Origin: Euryarchaeota archaeon UBA186 | GTDB taxonomy: Archaea; Thermoplasmatota; UBA186 | Direction of reading: 5' to 3' | Assembly: GCA_002494765.1 (NCBI GenBank) | Contig: DACJ01000072.1 | Coordinates: forward strand, 1 to 53,535 | DNA length: 53,535 nt | In this document: one piece after another, positions 27,709 through 37,048 of the stretch | How the letters are laid out: every line of letters begins with the position of its first letter | Numbering within the stretch: the stretch's first letter is position 1 | The notes under the pieces: generated by a model | The model's database searches: none | Seen by the model: the letters and a program-made list of their open reading frames with translations, nothing else | What the model was told of the DNA's origin: nothing | Made by a program: the position numbers and the translations under genes

Positions 27709-29102
27709 CTTCCCAGCTCACCATGACTGTTTACATCTCCTTTTTTTATCATGCCCCAGATGGGGGAGAACAGCGTTTTTTCAATATCTCGCGCAAAGTT
27801 CAGAAATCCGGAATAGACCGCACAAGGCCCTTTCTCATAAGCATGACCATTCATGAACGGAATGCCAAGCTTATACGAGAGATACTTCTCCTTTAATCCA
27901 GAGACGAATATGTCCGGCTTCAATTCGATCAGGATCTCTTCGAGCTCAACCGAGTTCGGGTTATCTATGATAATCGTTCCGTCCTTCACGCGCTCGCATA
28001 TCTTCGCATAATCCTCCTCGTGACCGAACGTCGTTGCGGCGGCGATGGTTTCGATTCCCATCTCTCTGAACATCTTTACCCAGTGCCATGCGCGCGGCGC
28101 TCCCTGATAGATGAAGATTCGCTTTCCCTCGAATTTCTTCCTATATTCTTCGATCTCTGGGGCAACCTTCGAGATCTCATCATCTATTATCTCCTCCGCT
28201 TTGTCTTCCAATCCGAAAAATGTTGCTACATCCCTTAATGCCTTAGAGGTCTGTTCTATTCCGAACAAAGACGCCCTTATATACGGAATTCCATACTTCT
28301 TCTTGATCAGCTCGCAGATATATGGTGTAGAACGCTGGCAGTGCATCAGATTGAGCTTCGCCCTGTGAGCCTGTGCGATCTCATCTATCGAGGAATTCCC
28401 GGTAAATGTGCAGAGGATCCTTATCCCCATACGCTCGAACAATGGCTTTATGACCCAGAGATCGCCCTGAATGTTGTAATCCCCGATGATATTCATGTCG
28501 AAATCCGTCGTGTATTCCGGCTCCTTTGTGCCCACCACGTATTCGAAGAGGACATCATTTGCGATGTGATGCCCAAGCGATTGGCTGCACCCTCTAAATC
28601 CCTCGCAGTTGAATGGAACGACCCTTATTCCGATTTCGTTCTCCGCGCGCCTGCATACGGCCCCTATATCATCCCCGATAAGCCCGATCGCGCAGGTCGC
28701 GTAGACGAAGACGCCCCTCACCTCTGGGAATGCCTCATATGCCTCTATTATGGATTTATAAAGCCTATCTTCGCCGCCGAAGATGATGTTGTCCTCCTGC
28801 ATGTCTGTGGAGAAGCAGTACTTGCGATGGAAATTAGAATTGTCAGAGAGGTTCGGCCTTGTCCCTCCACCCCAGGTCCAGTAAGCGCAGCCGATTGGGC
28901 CATGCACCAGGTGGATCACATCCTTTACTGGACCGCCCACAACGCCCATACAACCGGCATAAGTGCATCCCCTCTCAGTAAAATCCCCAGGTGTTGTCTG
29001 TATATTAGATAACGGTAAAATATCCTCCGACGAATCTTTGATGTAGGTGTGCTTCCCCCGCTCTGGAATCGACCTGTCACAATCTAAAAGTCTCAGCGGC
29101 AT
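27696..29102 (-). CDS. nifD: nitrogenase MoFe-protein alpha chain-like
   Basis: 468 aa. RGCTYAGCMGVVGGPVKDVIHLVHGPIGC, FSTDMQEDNIIFGG, ATCAIGLIGDD, CEGFRGCSQSLGHHIAN, MHCQRS, GLKEK...GIPFMNGHAYEKGP. The start overlaps the nifI2 stop as TAATG. Confidence 0.88.
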   Translation of the reverse strand: MPLRLLDCDRSIPERGKHTYIKDSSEDILPLSNIQTTPGDFTERGCTYAGCMGVVGGPVKDVIHLVHGPIGCAYWTWGGGTRPNLSDNSNFHRKYCFSTDMQEDNIIFGGEDRLYKSIIEAYEAFPEVRGVFVYATCAIGLIGDDIGAVCRRAENEIGIRVVPFNCEGFRGCSQSLGHHIANDVLFEYVVGTKEPEYTTDFDMNIIGDYNIQGDLWVIKPLFERMGIRILCTFTGNSSIDEIAQAHRAKLNLMHCQRSTPYICELIKKKYGIPYIRASLFGIEQTSKALRDVATFFGLEDKAEEIIDDEISKVAPEIEEYRKKFEGKRIFIYQGAPRAWHWVKMFREMGIETIAAATTFGHEEDYAKICERVKDGTIIIDNPNSVELEEILIELKPDIFVSGLKEKYLSYKLGIPFMNGHAYEKGPCAVYSGFLNFARDIEKTLFSPIWGMIKKGDVNSHGELGRCEA

Positions 29103-29461
29103 TAAATCGCCTCCTCCCCCGTCTCTCCAGTCCTTATTCTGACGGCGCTCTCGATTGGACAGACAAAGATCCTTCCGTCGCCGATCGCACCGGTCCCGTT
29201 CGTCTCCATAATTATCCTGACAAGTTCATCGATCCTTTCATCCGGCACGACCATCGTCAACATCCTTTTCGGGATGTATCGCATACCGTTCCCTTTCTCA
29301 TTCTCCGGGGCGATGTTGGTTGGAGGAGATATATATAGCCCTTTCTGTTTCCCTCTTCCCAGGACCAGCCTCACCGTGACAGATGGGAAGCCCGCATCCG
29401 CAAGCGCCCTCTTGGTCTTCTGAATGGCGTTCATGCGAATTATCGCGATTACTTCCTTCAC
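29102..29461 (-). CDS. nifI2: PII-family nitrogenase regulator NifI2
   Basis: 119 aa PII fold with an enlarged T-loop (GRGKQKGLYISPPTNIAPENEKGNGMRYIPK). Position between nifI1 and nifD. Confidence 0.85.
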   Translation of the reverse strand: MKEVIAIIRMNAIQKTKRALADAGFPSVTVRLVLGRGKQKGLYISPPTNIAPENEKGNGMRYIPKRMLTMVVPDERIDELVRIIMETNGTGAIGDGRIFVCPIESAVRIRTGETGEEAI

Positions 29462-30630
<1,169 letters not shown>

Positions 30631-30674
30631 TTACGCTAGATGGCACAGCGCATTATAAATTAATTTGATATATT

Positions 30675-30691
30675 CTCATAAAAGTTATGAG
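30675..30691. promoter_or_regulatory. perfect 7-3-7 palindrome CTCATAA-aag-TTATGAG in the nifH promoter
   Basis: Read directly. On the nifH coding strand it directly follows CTTAAAAT (30699..30692, TATA-like) and precedes AT-rich AATATATC...TTTATAAT. It lies 78-94 nt upstream of the nifH ATG. Confidence 0.5.
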
Positions 30692-30811
30692 ATTTTAAGA
30701 GAGATCACATCTCGGGAGGTGATGTTGGGCTCCTTTTTCATTGTTATATAAAGCATGTATACTTCAGGGGGTGAGGATTAGAAGGGGGAAGGGGAAATTG
30801 GCAAAGGTCCA

Positions 30812-32323
30812 CTATCGATTCAAGATCTCATATATCATGCGCATGTCGACGCTCTCTCGCACAATTTTTGCCAATCTATCGCACTCCGCATCCCAATCTA
30901 TCCCGTCGCTCCTGCTTTTGGGCGCAAGCCCCTTTTTTGCCCTTATGCAGTCCAGAAATGCCCGCCTGAAGCCATCGTTGTCAAATATGCCATGTATATA
31001 TGTCCCGATGATGTCCTCCTCAAAATTTGCAGCCCCTCCACTATCCAGGGCATCCTTTCCTGAGCGTTCTGTTATCGTGAATACATTTTTTGCGCCCCCA
31101 TCGCGAAAATAGGTCCTTCCCATATGTATCTCGTAGCCCTTTACCTCTCCTTCATAGAATCCCAGATTAACGGTAGCTCGCACCTGGTTCGTAATTTTCA
31201 CCTCATGACTTTCAAACGACGTGGATGCGGGCAGCAGGCCCAATCCCCCTGTCTCTTTAACCGAGGATTCCGCCCCCGTTGGATCCATTATGGAGCTGCA
31301 AAGCATTTGATAGCCACCACAGATCCCGAAAACCATGCACTTCTTGCTCCTCGCCCTTTCAACTATCTGCGATGCGTATCCGCTGTTCTTGAGATATAGA
31401 AGGTCGTCTATAGTGCTCTTCGAGCCCGGTATGATGATCAGATCCGGTTCACCTATGCCCTCTCCTCTGCCCACGTACCGAAGCGAGACATCGTTCTCGG
31501 CCTCTAAGCAGTCGAAATCGGTGAAGTTGGATATGTGTGGCAGGTAAATCACCTCTATTCTCACCTCCCCGCGATCATCAACTGCTCTCATCTGGCCTCT
31601 TTCCAGGGGGAGAGAGTCTTCCTCCTGTATTCTTATATCGCGGAAATAGGGTATAACTCCGATCACCGGTATGTCGGTTTTTCTTTCGAGAAAATCTAGA
31701 CCAGGTTTGAGGATGTCGATATCACCCCGAAACTTGTTTATCAAAAGACCCTTCACCAGTTCCCTTTCCTCCTTTTTGAGCAGTTCAAGAGTCCCGACGA
31801 TCCATGCAAAAACTCCCCCCGTATCGATGTCGCCGACGAGCAGAACTGGCGCGTTGAAGAGCTTCGCAATGCTCATGTTCACTACATCATTTTCACGGAG
31901 ATTTATTTCAGCAGGGCTTCCCGCGCCCTCGATCACGATGATGTCGTTTTCGCGGTTGAGCTTCTCAAAGCAGTCCGTTACAACGCTCAGCGCTTTTGGC
32001 TTATGTTCATGATACTCCTTCGCGCTCATGTTTCCCACTGGCCTCCCACGCACGATGACCTGAGCTCCAATATCGGTTGTCGGTTTCAGAAGAATAGGAT
32101 TCATCTCAACCGTCGGATCCTTCCGAGCGGCAAAGGCCTGAAATGCCTGCGCCCTTCCCATCTCAAGACCATCTTTTGTGACGTGGGAATTGAGAGCCAT
32201 GTTCTGCGATTTGAAAGGTGCTACTCTATGCCCATCTTGAGTGAATATCCTGCAAAGCGCGGCTACGATCACGCTTTTTCCAACGTGCGACCCCGTGCCC
32301 TGCACCATAATCCTTTTCGCCAT
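30812..32323 (-). CDS. cobQ: cobyric acid synthase (glutamine amidotransferase)
   Basis: ATG 32323 (MAKRIMVQGTGSHVGKS) is preferred over track start 32347 because of SD GGGAG upstream. C-terminal GATase GICGGYQML...IHGIFDND. Confidence 0.8.
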   Translation of the reverse strand: MAKRIMVQGTGSHVGKSVIVAALCRIFTQDGHRVAPFKSQNMALNSHVTKDGLEMGRAQAFQAFAARKDPTVEMNPILLKPTTDIGAQVIVRGRPVGNMSAKEYHEHKPKALSVVTDCFEKLNRENDIIVIEGAGSPAEINLRENDVVNMSIAKLFNAPVLLVGDIDTGGVFAWIVGTLELLKKEERELVKGLLINKFRGDIDILKPGLDFLERKTDIPVIGVIPYFRDIRIQEEDSLPLERGQMRAVDDRGEVRIEVIYLPHISNFTDFDCLEAENDVSLRYVGRGEGIGEPDLIIIPGSKSTIDDLLYLKNSGYASQIVERARSKKCMVFGICGGYQMLCSSIMDPTGAESSVKETGGLGLLPASTSFESHEVKITNQVRATVNLGFYEGEVKGYEIHMGRTYFRDGGAKNVFTITERSGKDALDSGGAANFEEDIIGTYIHGIFDNDGFRRAFLDCIRAKKGLAPKSRSDGIDWDAECDRLAKIVRESVDMRMIYEILNR

Positions 32324-32362
32324 CTTATCTTCTCCCGCGTTCATCACCCCTCGACCTTAACA

Positions 32363-33655
32363 TCATCCGGCCTCCAGGAAGCGGAGGAAAGCCTTCTCGT
32401 TTCCCAGGGCATGAAGGTGAGTGTAGGAGGCGAGCGCCTTTCTTTTACTTATTCCATCCCTTCCCTCCACCCCGACGCCCTTTATAAGCCTGTATACGAA
32501 CTCTCCAGCAACCTTCACGGTCGAGTAGTGGAACTCATGTCCTCTGAATATCTCCCCCCTTCGAAAGAGCAGATTATCGTTCACCGAGACCGCCTCTACA
32601 TAACCCACAGCCTGAAGCCTCCCCGTGTGCCTCGCCGAGCCATTGAACAGGCCGAGCATATCTCTCCCTTCGAGTGTTTCCAGCGTGTAGAGTAGCCCCC
32701 CGCACTCCGCATAGAGCGGTGCGTCACGCCGAACTTCGCGGGCAAGGTCTTCTCTTAGAGAACTGTTATCCTCGAGCTGTTTCGCATAGAGCTCTGGATA
32801 TCCGCCGCCCAGGTAGTATGCATCAGCATCAGGCAGAGAATCTCGAATCGGAGAGAACGGGACGAGCTCGGCCCCGAAATCGCAGAGGACCTCTAAGTTC
32901 TCTGGATAATAGAAACAAAACGCCTCGTCCCGCGCTACGCCGACTCTAATACCATCAACGACCCTTAAACGCGACCTCTCCTCTGAATGTGGAATCTCGA
33001 CCCTTGTCTCTTCAAGCAGGGCTTTCATGTTCGTGTTATCCTCCACGACCTTCGAGATGTCTTTTATGAGAGAAGGGTCGATCTCGTGAGCCATGTGGAG
33101 TCCCAGGTGTCTCTCCGAGATCCGCATAGTCTCATCCTTTGGAATGGCGCCAAAGATTGTTGTTCCTCTTAAAGAGTCTTCGAGCATCTCTCGATGTCGT
33201 TCGCTTCCAACTCCATTGAGGATGACGCCCGAGAACCTGAGCGATGGGTCAAAGTCCCTGTACCCGTGGACCAGAGCGGCAACGCTTCCAGCAAGCTTGG
33301 AGGCGTCGACGACAAGAATTACCGGTATGTCCAGAAGTTTCGCGAGGTGGGCGGTGCTCCCTTCTCCGTTGAAAGACCCATCGAAGAGACCCATTACGCC
33401 CTCCACGATGTTCACCTCAGTGGCATTCTTCCTGAAACTCCCGAGAACGGAGGGCAGGGGCATCATGAAGGTATCCAGGTTTCTCGACGGTCTCCCTGCG
33501 GTGAGCGTGTGCAGGCTCGCGTCGATGAAGTCAGGGCCCACCTTAAACGGTTGAACCTCATATCCCCGACGGCGAAAAGCGGAGATGAGTCCAATGGAGA
33601 CCGCGGTCTTTCCAACTCCGCTGTGCGTACCAGCGACTATGAAAGCCGATTTCAT
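32363..33655 (-). CDS. cbiA: cobyrinate (or related tetrapyrrole) a,c-diamide synthase
   Basis: ATG 33655 (MKSAFIVAGTHSGVGKT) is preferred over 33688. GATase Cys in YAECGGLLY. CbiA cannot be told from the F430 enzyme CfbB by eye, and adjacency to cobQ favours CbiA. Confidence 0.7.
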   Translation of the reverse strand: MKSAFIVAGTHSGVGKTAVSIGLISAFRRRGYEVQPFKVGPDFIDASLHTLTAGRPSRNLDTFMMPLPSVLGSFRKNATEVNIVEGVMGLFDGSFNGEGSTAHLAKLLDIPVILVVDASKLAGSVAALVHGYRDFDPSLRFSGVILNGVGSERHREMLEDSLRGTTIFGAIPKDETMRISERHLGLHMAHEIDPSLIKDISKVVEDNTNMKALLEETRVEIPHSEERSRLRVVDGIRVGVARDEAFCFYYPENLEVLCDFGAELVPFSPIRDSLPDADAYYLGGGYPELYAKQLEDNSSLREDLAREVRRDAPLYAECGGLLYTLETLEGRDMLGLFNGSARHTGRLQAVGYVEAVSVNDNLLFRRGEIFRGHEFHYSTVKVAGEFVYRLIKGVGVEGRDGISKRKALASYTHLHALGNEKAFLRFLEAG

Positions 33656-33712
33656 CGCCCTATTTCCCGTGATGGATATCCAATGCACAACGGAAATAAA
33701 AAGGTACGTGTA

Positions 33713-34051
33713 TTACAGCGCGTCCTCCCCTCTCTCACCGGTCCTGACCCTGACCGCTTCTTCGATCGGCAGGACGAACACCTTGCCATCGCCGATTTTC
33801 CCAGTGTAAGCACTTCTCCTTATGATCTCCACCACCTTTTCCGCGCTCTCGTCCCGCACGACCATCTCTATTTTCACCTTTGGGACCATCTCCATAAGGT
33901 ATTCCGTGCCTCGCCATGTGAGCATTGCTCCCTTCTGCTTGCCCCTCCCCCTTATCTCCATAACGCTCATGCTAAAGTGGTTCTCCCTTTCCAACGCGGC
34001 CTTAACTTCATTCAGCTTCTCAGGTCTTATTATCGCCTCGATCTTTTTCAT
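33713..34051 (-). CDS. glnK: PII nitrogen regulatory protein GlnK
   Basis: 112 aa. MKKIEAIIRPEKL...RGRGKQKG...TGKIGDGKVFV. Starts 2 nt after the amt stop. Confidence 0.9.
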   Translation of the reverse strand: MKKIEAIIRPEKLNEVKAALERENHFSMSVMEIRGRGKQKGAMLTWRGTEYLMEMVPKVKIEMVVRDESAEKVVEIIRRSAYTGKIGDGKVFVLPIEEAVRVRTGERGEDAL

Positions 34052-34053
34052 TT

Positions 34054-35640
34054 TTAATCGCCCTCCGTCCCGGGCTCGTTTCCATTTTCGTCTTCATCAC
34101 TGCTCGGCGCTTCACTCATGCGTATTACCCTCGCAGGCCTAGCTGGCTCCGTGTACACAAAGTCGGGATAGGTAACGATGCCATGCTCGCTGATGTCGAG
34201 ACCCATGAGCTCCTCTTCCGGTGATACTCTGATTCCTACGGTCCGCTTGAGCGTATAGAAGAGCAGGTAGCCCGTACCGAAAGCCCATATGGATATGACC
34301 GCTGCGCTTATGAGCTGGCACGCGAAGAAGCCCGGATTTCCGTATAGCAGCCCCGTGACCAAAGGCCCTTCAACCGCAGAGTTGCCGTAGGTCCCATCCG
34401 CAAAAAGGCCGAGCGCTATAAGCCCCCATATCCCATTGAATCCGTGGACCGGTACCGCGCCGACGACATCATCCATGCCATTACGTTCGAGGAACCAGTA
34501 ACCGTAGCAGACGACGAACCCCGCCACGATACCTATCAGAACCGCAGCCCAGGGCGCAACCCAGGCACATGGCGCCGTTATCGCGACCAACCCCGCGATC
34601 GCACCGTTGATCGTCATGACGATGTCAGGTTTGCCGAACTTCGTCCAGGTTATGGACATAGAGGCCATCGCTCCCGCAGCTGCGCTTAGAGTCGTGTTTG
34701 CCGCGATTATCGAGATCCGAAGCTCGTGGGCTGAGAGAGTGCTCCCCGGATTGAAGCCCATCCACCCAAACCACAGGATGAAGGCGCCCAGCGCAGCGAG
34801 CGAGATGTTATGTCCCGGTATGGGTATAGGCTTTCCTCCGCTGTCGTATCTGCCGATCCTTGGACCAAGGAGCATGCAAGCGGCGAGTGCGACGAAGCCC
34901 CCCAGGGCATGGACGACGCCTGAGCCCGCGAAATCTAGTGCACCATAGCCGCCGCCCAGATCTATCATGAAGCTCGAAGAGCTGAGCCAGCCGCCGCCCC
35001 AGACCCAGTGCCCATAGATCGGGTAGATGACCGCACAGATGACCACGCTGTAGATTAAGTACATGCTGAACTTGGGGCGTTCCGCTATAGCTCCACTCAC
35101 GATCGTTGCGGCGGTCGCACAGAAAACCATCATGAAGAACCAGTTCAGAACGGTGTCGACATCATATGCATCACCAGTCAGGAAGAATGCCGGGGTGCCC
35201 GTCATGATCGCGTATCCCACCGCAAAGAAGACAAGCGAGCCCGCTGAGAAATCCATCAGGTTCTTCATCAGCACGTTGGTGACGTTCTTCGCCCTGGAAA
35301 AACCCGCCTCAAGCATCGCAAATCCCGGCTGCATGAACATCACCAGGAACCCGGACATCAGAACCCAGACATAATCCACTGGGGCTCTTGAATTCTCCTC
35401 GAGCGTCTTCGCTCCGGATGGATCCCCTGCCATTACATCTGGTATTAGTGTGAGCGTCACCAGCGTCAGGAGCAGCAGGACAACTGGGATGAAGCGTTTT
35501 AACGATAATTCATATCCATCGTCGTTTTCTCTACCCGGACATTTTAAGATGCTATGTTCCAAGCATCTTATTGCCGCATTTGGCCTCTCTCTCCTCCCTC
35601 CATCCAGCTCATTTTGTCCCATTTTACTTCCCCTATCCAT
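34054..35640 (-). CDS. amt: ammonium transporter Amt with N-terminal leader and acidic C-terminal tail
   Basis: Track ORF starts with TTG at 35643 and the adjacent ATG is at 35640. Twin-His contexts GSGVVHALGG and VPVHGFNGIWG. About 11 TM segments. C-terminus SSDEDENGNEPGTEGD. Confidence 0.88.
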   Translation of the reverse strand: MDRGSKMGQNELDGGRRERPNAAIRCLEHSILKCPGRENDDGYELSLKRFIPVVLLLLTLVTLTLIPDVMAGDPSGAKTLEENSRAPVDYVWVLMSGFLVMFMQPGFAMLEAGFSRAKNVTNVLMKNLMDFSAGSLVFFAVGYAIMTGTPAFFLTGDAYDVDTVLNWFFMMVFCATAATIVSGAIAERPKFSMYLIYSVVICAVIYPIYGHWVWGGGWLSSSSFMIDLGGGYGALDFAGSGVVHALGGFVALAACMLLGPRIGRYDSGGKPIPIPGHNISLAALGAFILWFGWMGFNPGSTLSAHELRISIIAANTTLSAAAGAMASMSITWTKFGKPDIVMTINGAIAGLVAITAPCAWVAPWAAVLIGIVAGFVVCYGYWFLERNGMDDVVGAVPVHGFNGIWGLIALGLFADGTYGNSAVEGPLVTGLLYGNPGFFACQLISAAVISIWAFGTGYLLFYTLKRTVGIRVSPEEELMGLDISEHGIVTYPDFVYTEPARPARVIRMSEAPSSDEDENGNEPGTEGD

Positions 35641-35688
35641 CAAAACTCCGCCGTCATCTCAACAGTATTTTCATCTCCTTTTCTAAAA

Positions 35689-35699
35689 CTATTTAAGAG
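35689..35699 (-). promoter_or_regulatory. TATA-box-like CTCTTAAATAG of the amt operon
   Basis: About 50 nt upstream of the amt ATG on the coding strand, 4 nt downstream of the dyad at 35704..35718. Confidence 0.45.
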
Positions 35700-35703
35700 A
35701 TTT

Positions 35704-35718
35704 TCACAAAGATTGTGA
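35704..35718. promoter_or_regulatory. perfect 6-3-6 palindrome TCACAA-aga-TTGTGA in the amt / RHH-gene intergenic region
   Basis: Read directly. Same half-site family as the nifH palindrome (TCAYAA-N3-TTRTGA). Sits immediately upstream of the amt TATA-like element. Confidence 0.5.
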
Positions 35719-35855
35719 GAACCGCTGATTGATTATGATAATTATACGCTTTAGACAGTTAAATTTCATTTATGCCCAGCCAGTAATGCAAAAAACAAAG
35801 AATCGACGAAGCTCTTAAATACCCGAAGTATCTAGAGGCAAAAGGACAATATGAG

Positions 35856-36395
35856 ATGAAAGTACCGGAGAGAGTCACCGTAGCTTTGGATAAAGAAACC
35901 TTCGAGCTTTTCAAAAAGATGAAGGATGATTTGGGGATGTCCCAGAGTGAACTGATGCGCGAAGCTCTAAAATTCTTCAGCAAACACAAATCGTTGTTTG
36001 AATTCGTCGAAGACGAGAAGATTTACACACACGCCGAGATGCTTTCGGCCGGCGAACATGTTATACTGGATATAGACCATTGGCTTCTGTTTTTGAAGTT
36101 CATTGAGTTGCATCCAGATAAGGAGAAGTTCTGGGAATTGCATAGAGAAGTGTGTCGAGCGCATGGAGAGCAGTTCAAACACAAATTTCATAACATTGAA
36201 GCTCCCCTAAAACGACTTGAGGCGTGCAACTTCTTCAAATTAAGTAAGACCTCTGAAAAAGAGTTCACTCTCGTTTTAGGCTCTGATGCCCCAAAAAAAT
36301 TCCTTAAAACGGAACTTGAGGAGATCTTCGAAGGGATGGGTTTCAAAGTGGAGATAAAAGAGGGTCTTCTAAAGCTTAGGATAAGCGTGGTTTAG
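35856..36395 (+). CDS. ribbon-helix-helix (CopG/MetJ/Arc-type) DNA-binding protein with an uncharacterised about 130-aa C-terminal domain
   Basis: 179 aa. N-terminus RVTVALDKETFELFKKMKDDLGMSQSELMREALKFF fits the RHH strand-helix-helix pattern. Own TATA-like CTCTTAAATAC at 35812..35822. Divergent from amt. Confidence 0.6.
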   Translation: MKVPERVTVALDKETFELFKKMKDDLGMSQSELMREALKFFSKHKSLFEFVEDEKIYTHAEMLSAGEHVILDIDHWLLFLKFIELHPDKEKFWELHREVCRAHGEQFKHKFHNIEAPLKRLEACNFFKLSKTSEKEFTLVLGSDAPKKFLKTELEEIFEGMGFKVEIKEGLLKLRISVV

Positions 36396-36511
36396 GGTTG
36401 AGGGGGCGACCGCCCTGGATCAGGGCTCATATCGCCACTCCTGCGACCATTGGCCCACCGAGTTAAATCCACCCATCCTCAGTTTGAGACGAGCGTGGGT
36501 TTCTACTTTAA

Positions 36512-36943
36512 TTAGCAGACTTCCTTGAACGAGAAACACGTCAACGTTTTCTCCACTCCTTCCAACCCTCTCAACCTGTTCACCACGAGATCGCCGAGTT
36601 CTTTGACCGACTTTCCCCTCGCCTTTACCAGCAGATCCCACTCTCCAGATATTATGTGCACTTCGAACACATTAGCAATGCGCGAGATCTCCCGTGCTAA
36701 CCCCTCCTGAGAGATATCAGCTCTTGAGGTAAAAGAGACGAGTATAAACGCCGTGGTTCCCAGATCCAATTTCTCATAATCGATCTGTGCCGTGAATTTT
36801 TTAATCACGCCCGAATTCAACATTTTCTTTATGCGCTCATGAGCCGTAGCTCTGGGCATTCCCAGTCTTTCAGCGATCGATTTCGTGCTTTCCCTGCCGT
36901 TTTTCCTGAGCTCCTCTACTATCATCATGTCTTTTTCGTCCAT
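36512..36943 (-). CDS. Lrp/AsnC-family transcriptional regulator
   Basis: Start at ATG 36943 (MDEKDMMIVEELRKNGRESTKSIAERLGMPRATAHERIKKM is the wHTH), followed by a RAM/ACT-like domain. Divergent from the asnA-like gene. Confidence 0.85.
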   Translation of the reverse strand: MDEKDMMIVEELRKNGRESTKSIAERLGMPRATAHERIKKMLNSGVIKKFTAQIDYEKLDLGTTAFILVSFTSRADISQEGLAREISRIANVFEVHIISGEWDLLVKARGKSVKELGDLVVNRLRGLEGVEKTLTCFSFKEVC

Positions 36944-37048
36944 GAATATACATAACGTCAATTAAACTTAAAATTTTCGTAATAATGTTAGCATTTTGAC
37001 AAAAAATTATACAAAAAGTTTAAATGACCTGGACATATATGGCTATCA

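Noticed and set aside
28341-29012. 223-aa plus-strand ORF inside nifD, and the similar 32003..32695 ORF inside cobQ/cbiA
   Set aside because: Antisense to genes with unambiguous family motifs. No independent support.
26419-29102. Possibility that the D/K-like pair is NifE/NifN, or a CfbD/Nfl-type group IV nitrogenase homologue
   Set aside because: The alpha-like protein has the His195 (HHIAN), Cys275 (HCQRS) and His442 contexts and sits directly after nifH-nifI1-nifI2. The beta-like protein has the NifK-type P-cluster Cys/Ser contexts. NifE lacks the His442 equivalent, and Cfb/Nfl proteins lack most of these ligands. A Mar-like function cannot be fully excluded by eye and is discussed in the findings.
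33194-34057. 287-aa plus-strand ORF spanning cbiA and glnK
   Set aside because: Antisense to two well-supported genes and crosses their intergenic gap. No recognisable motifs. An open antisense frame only.
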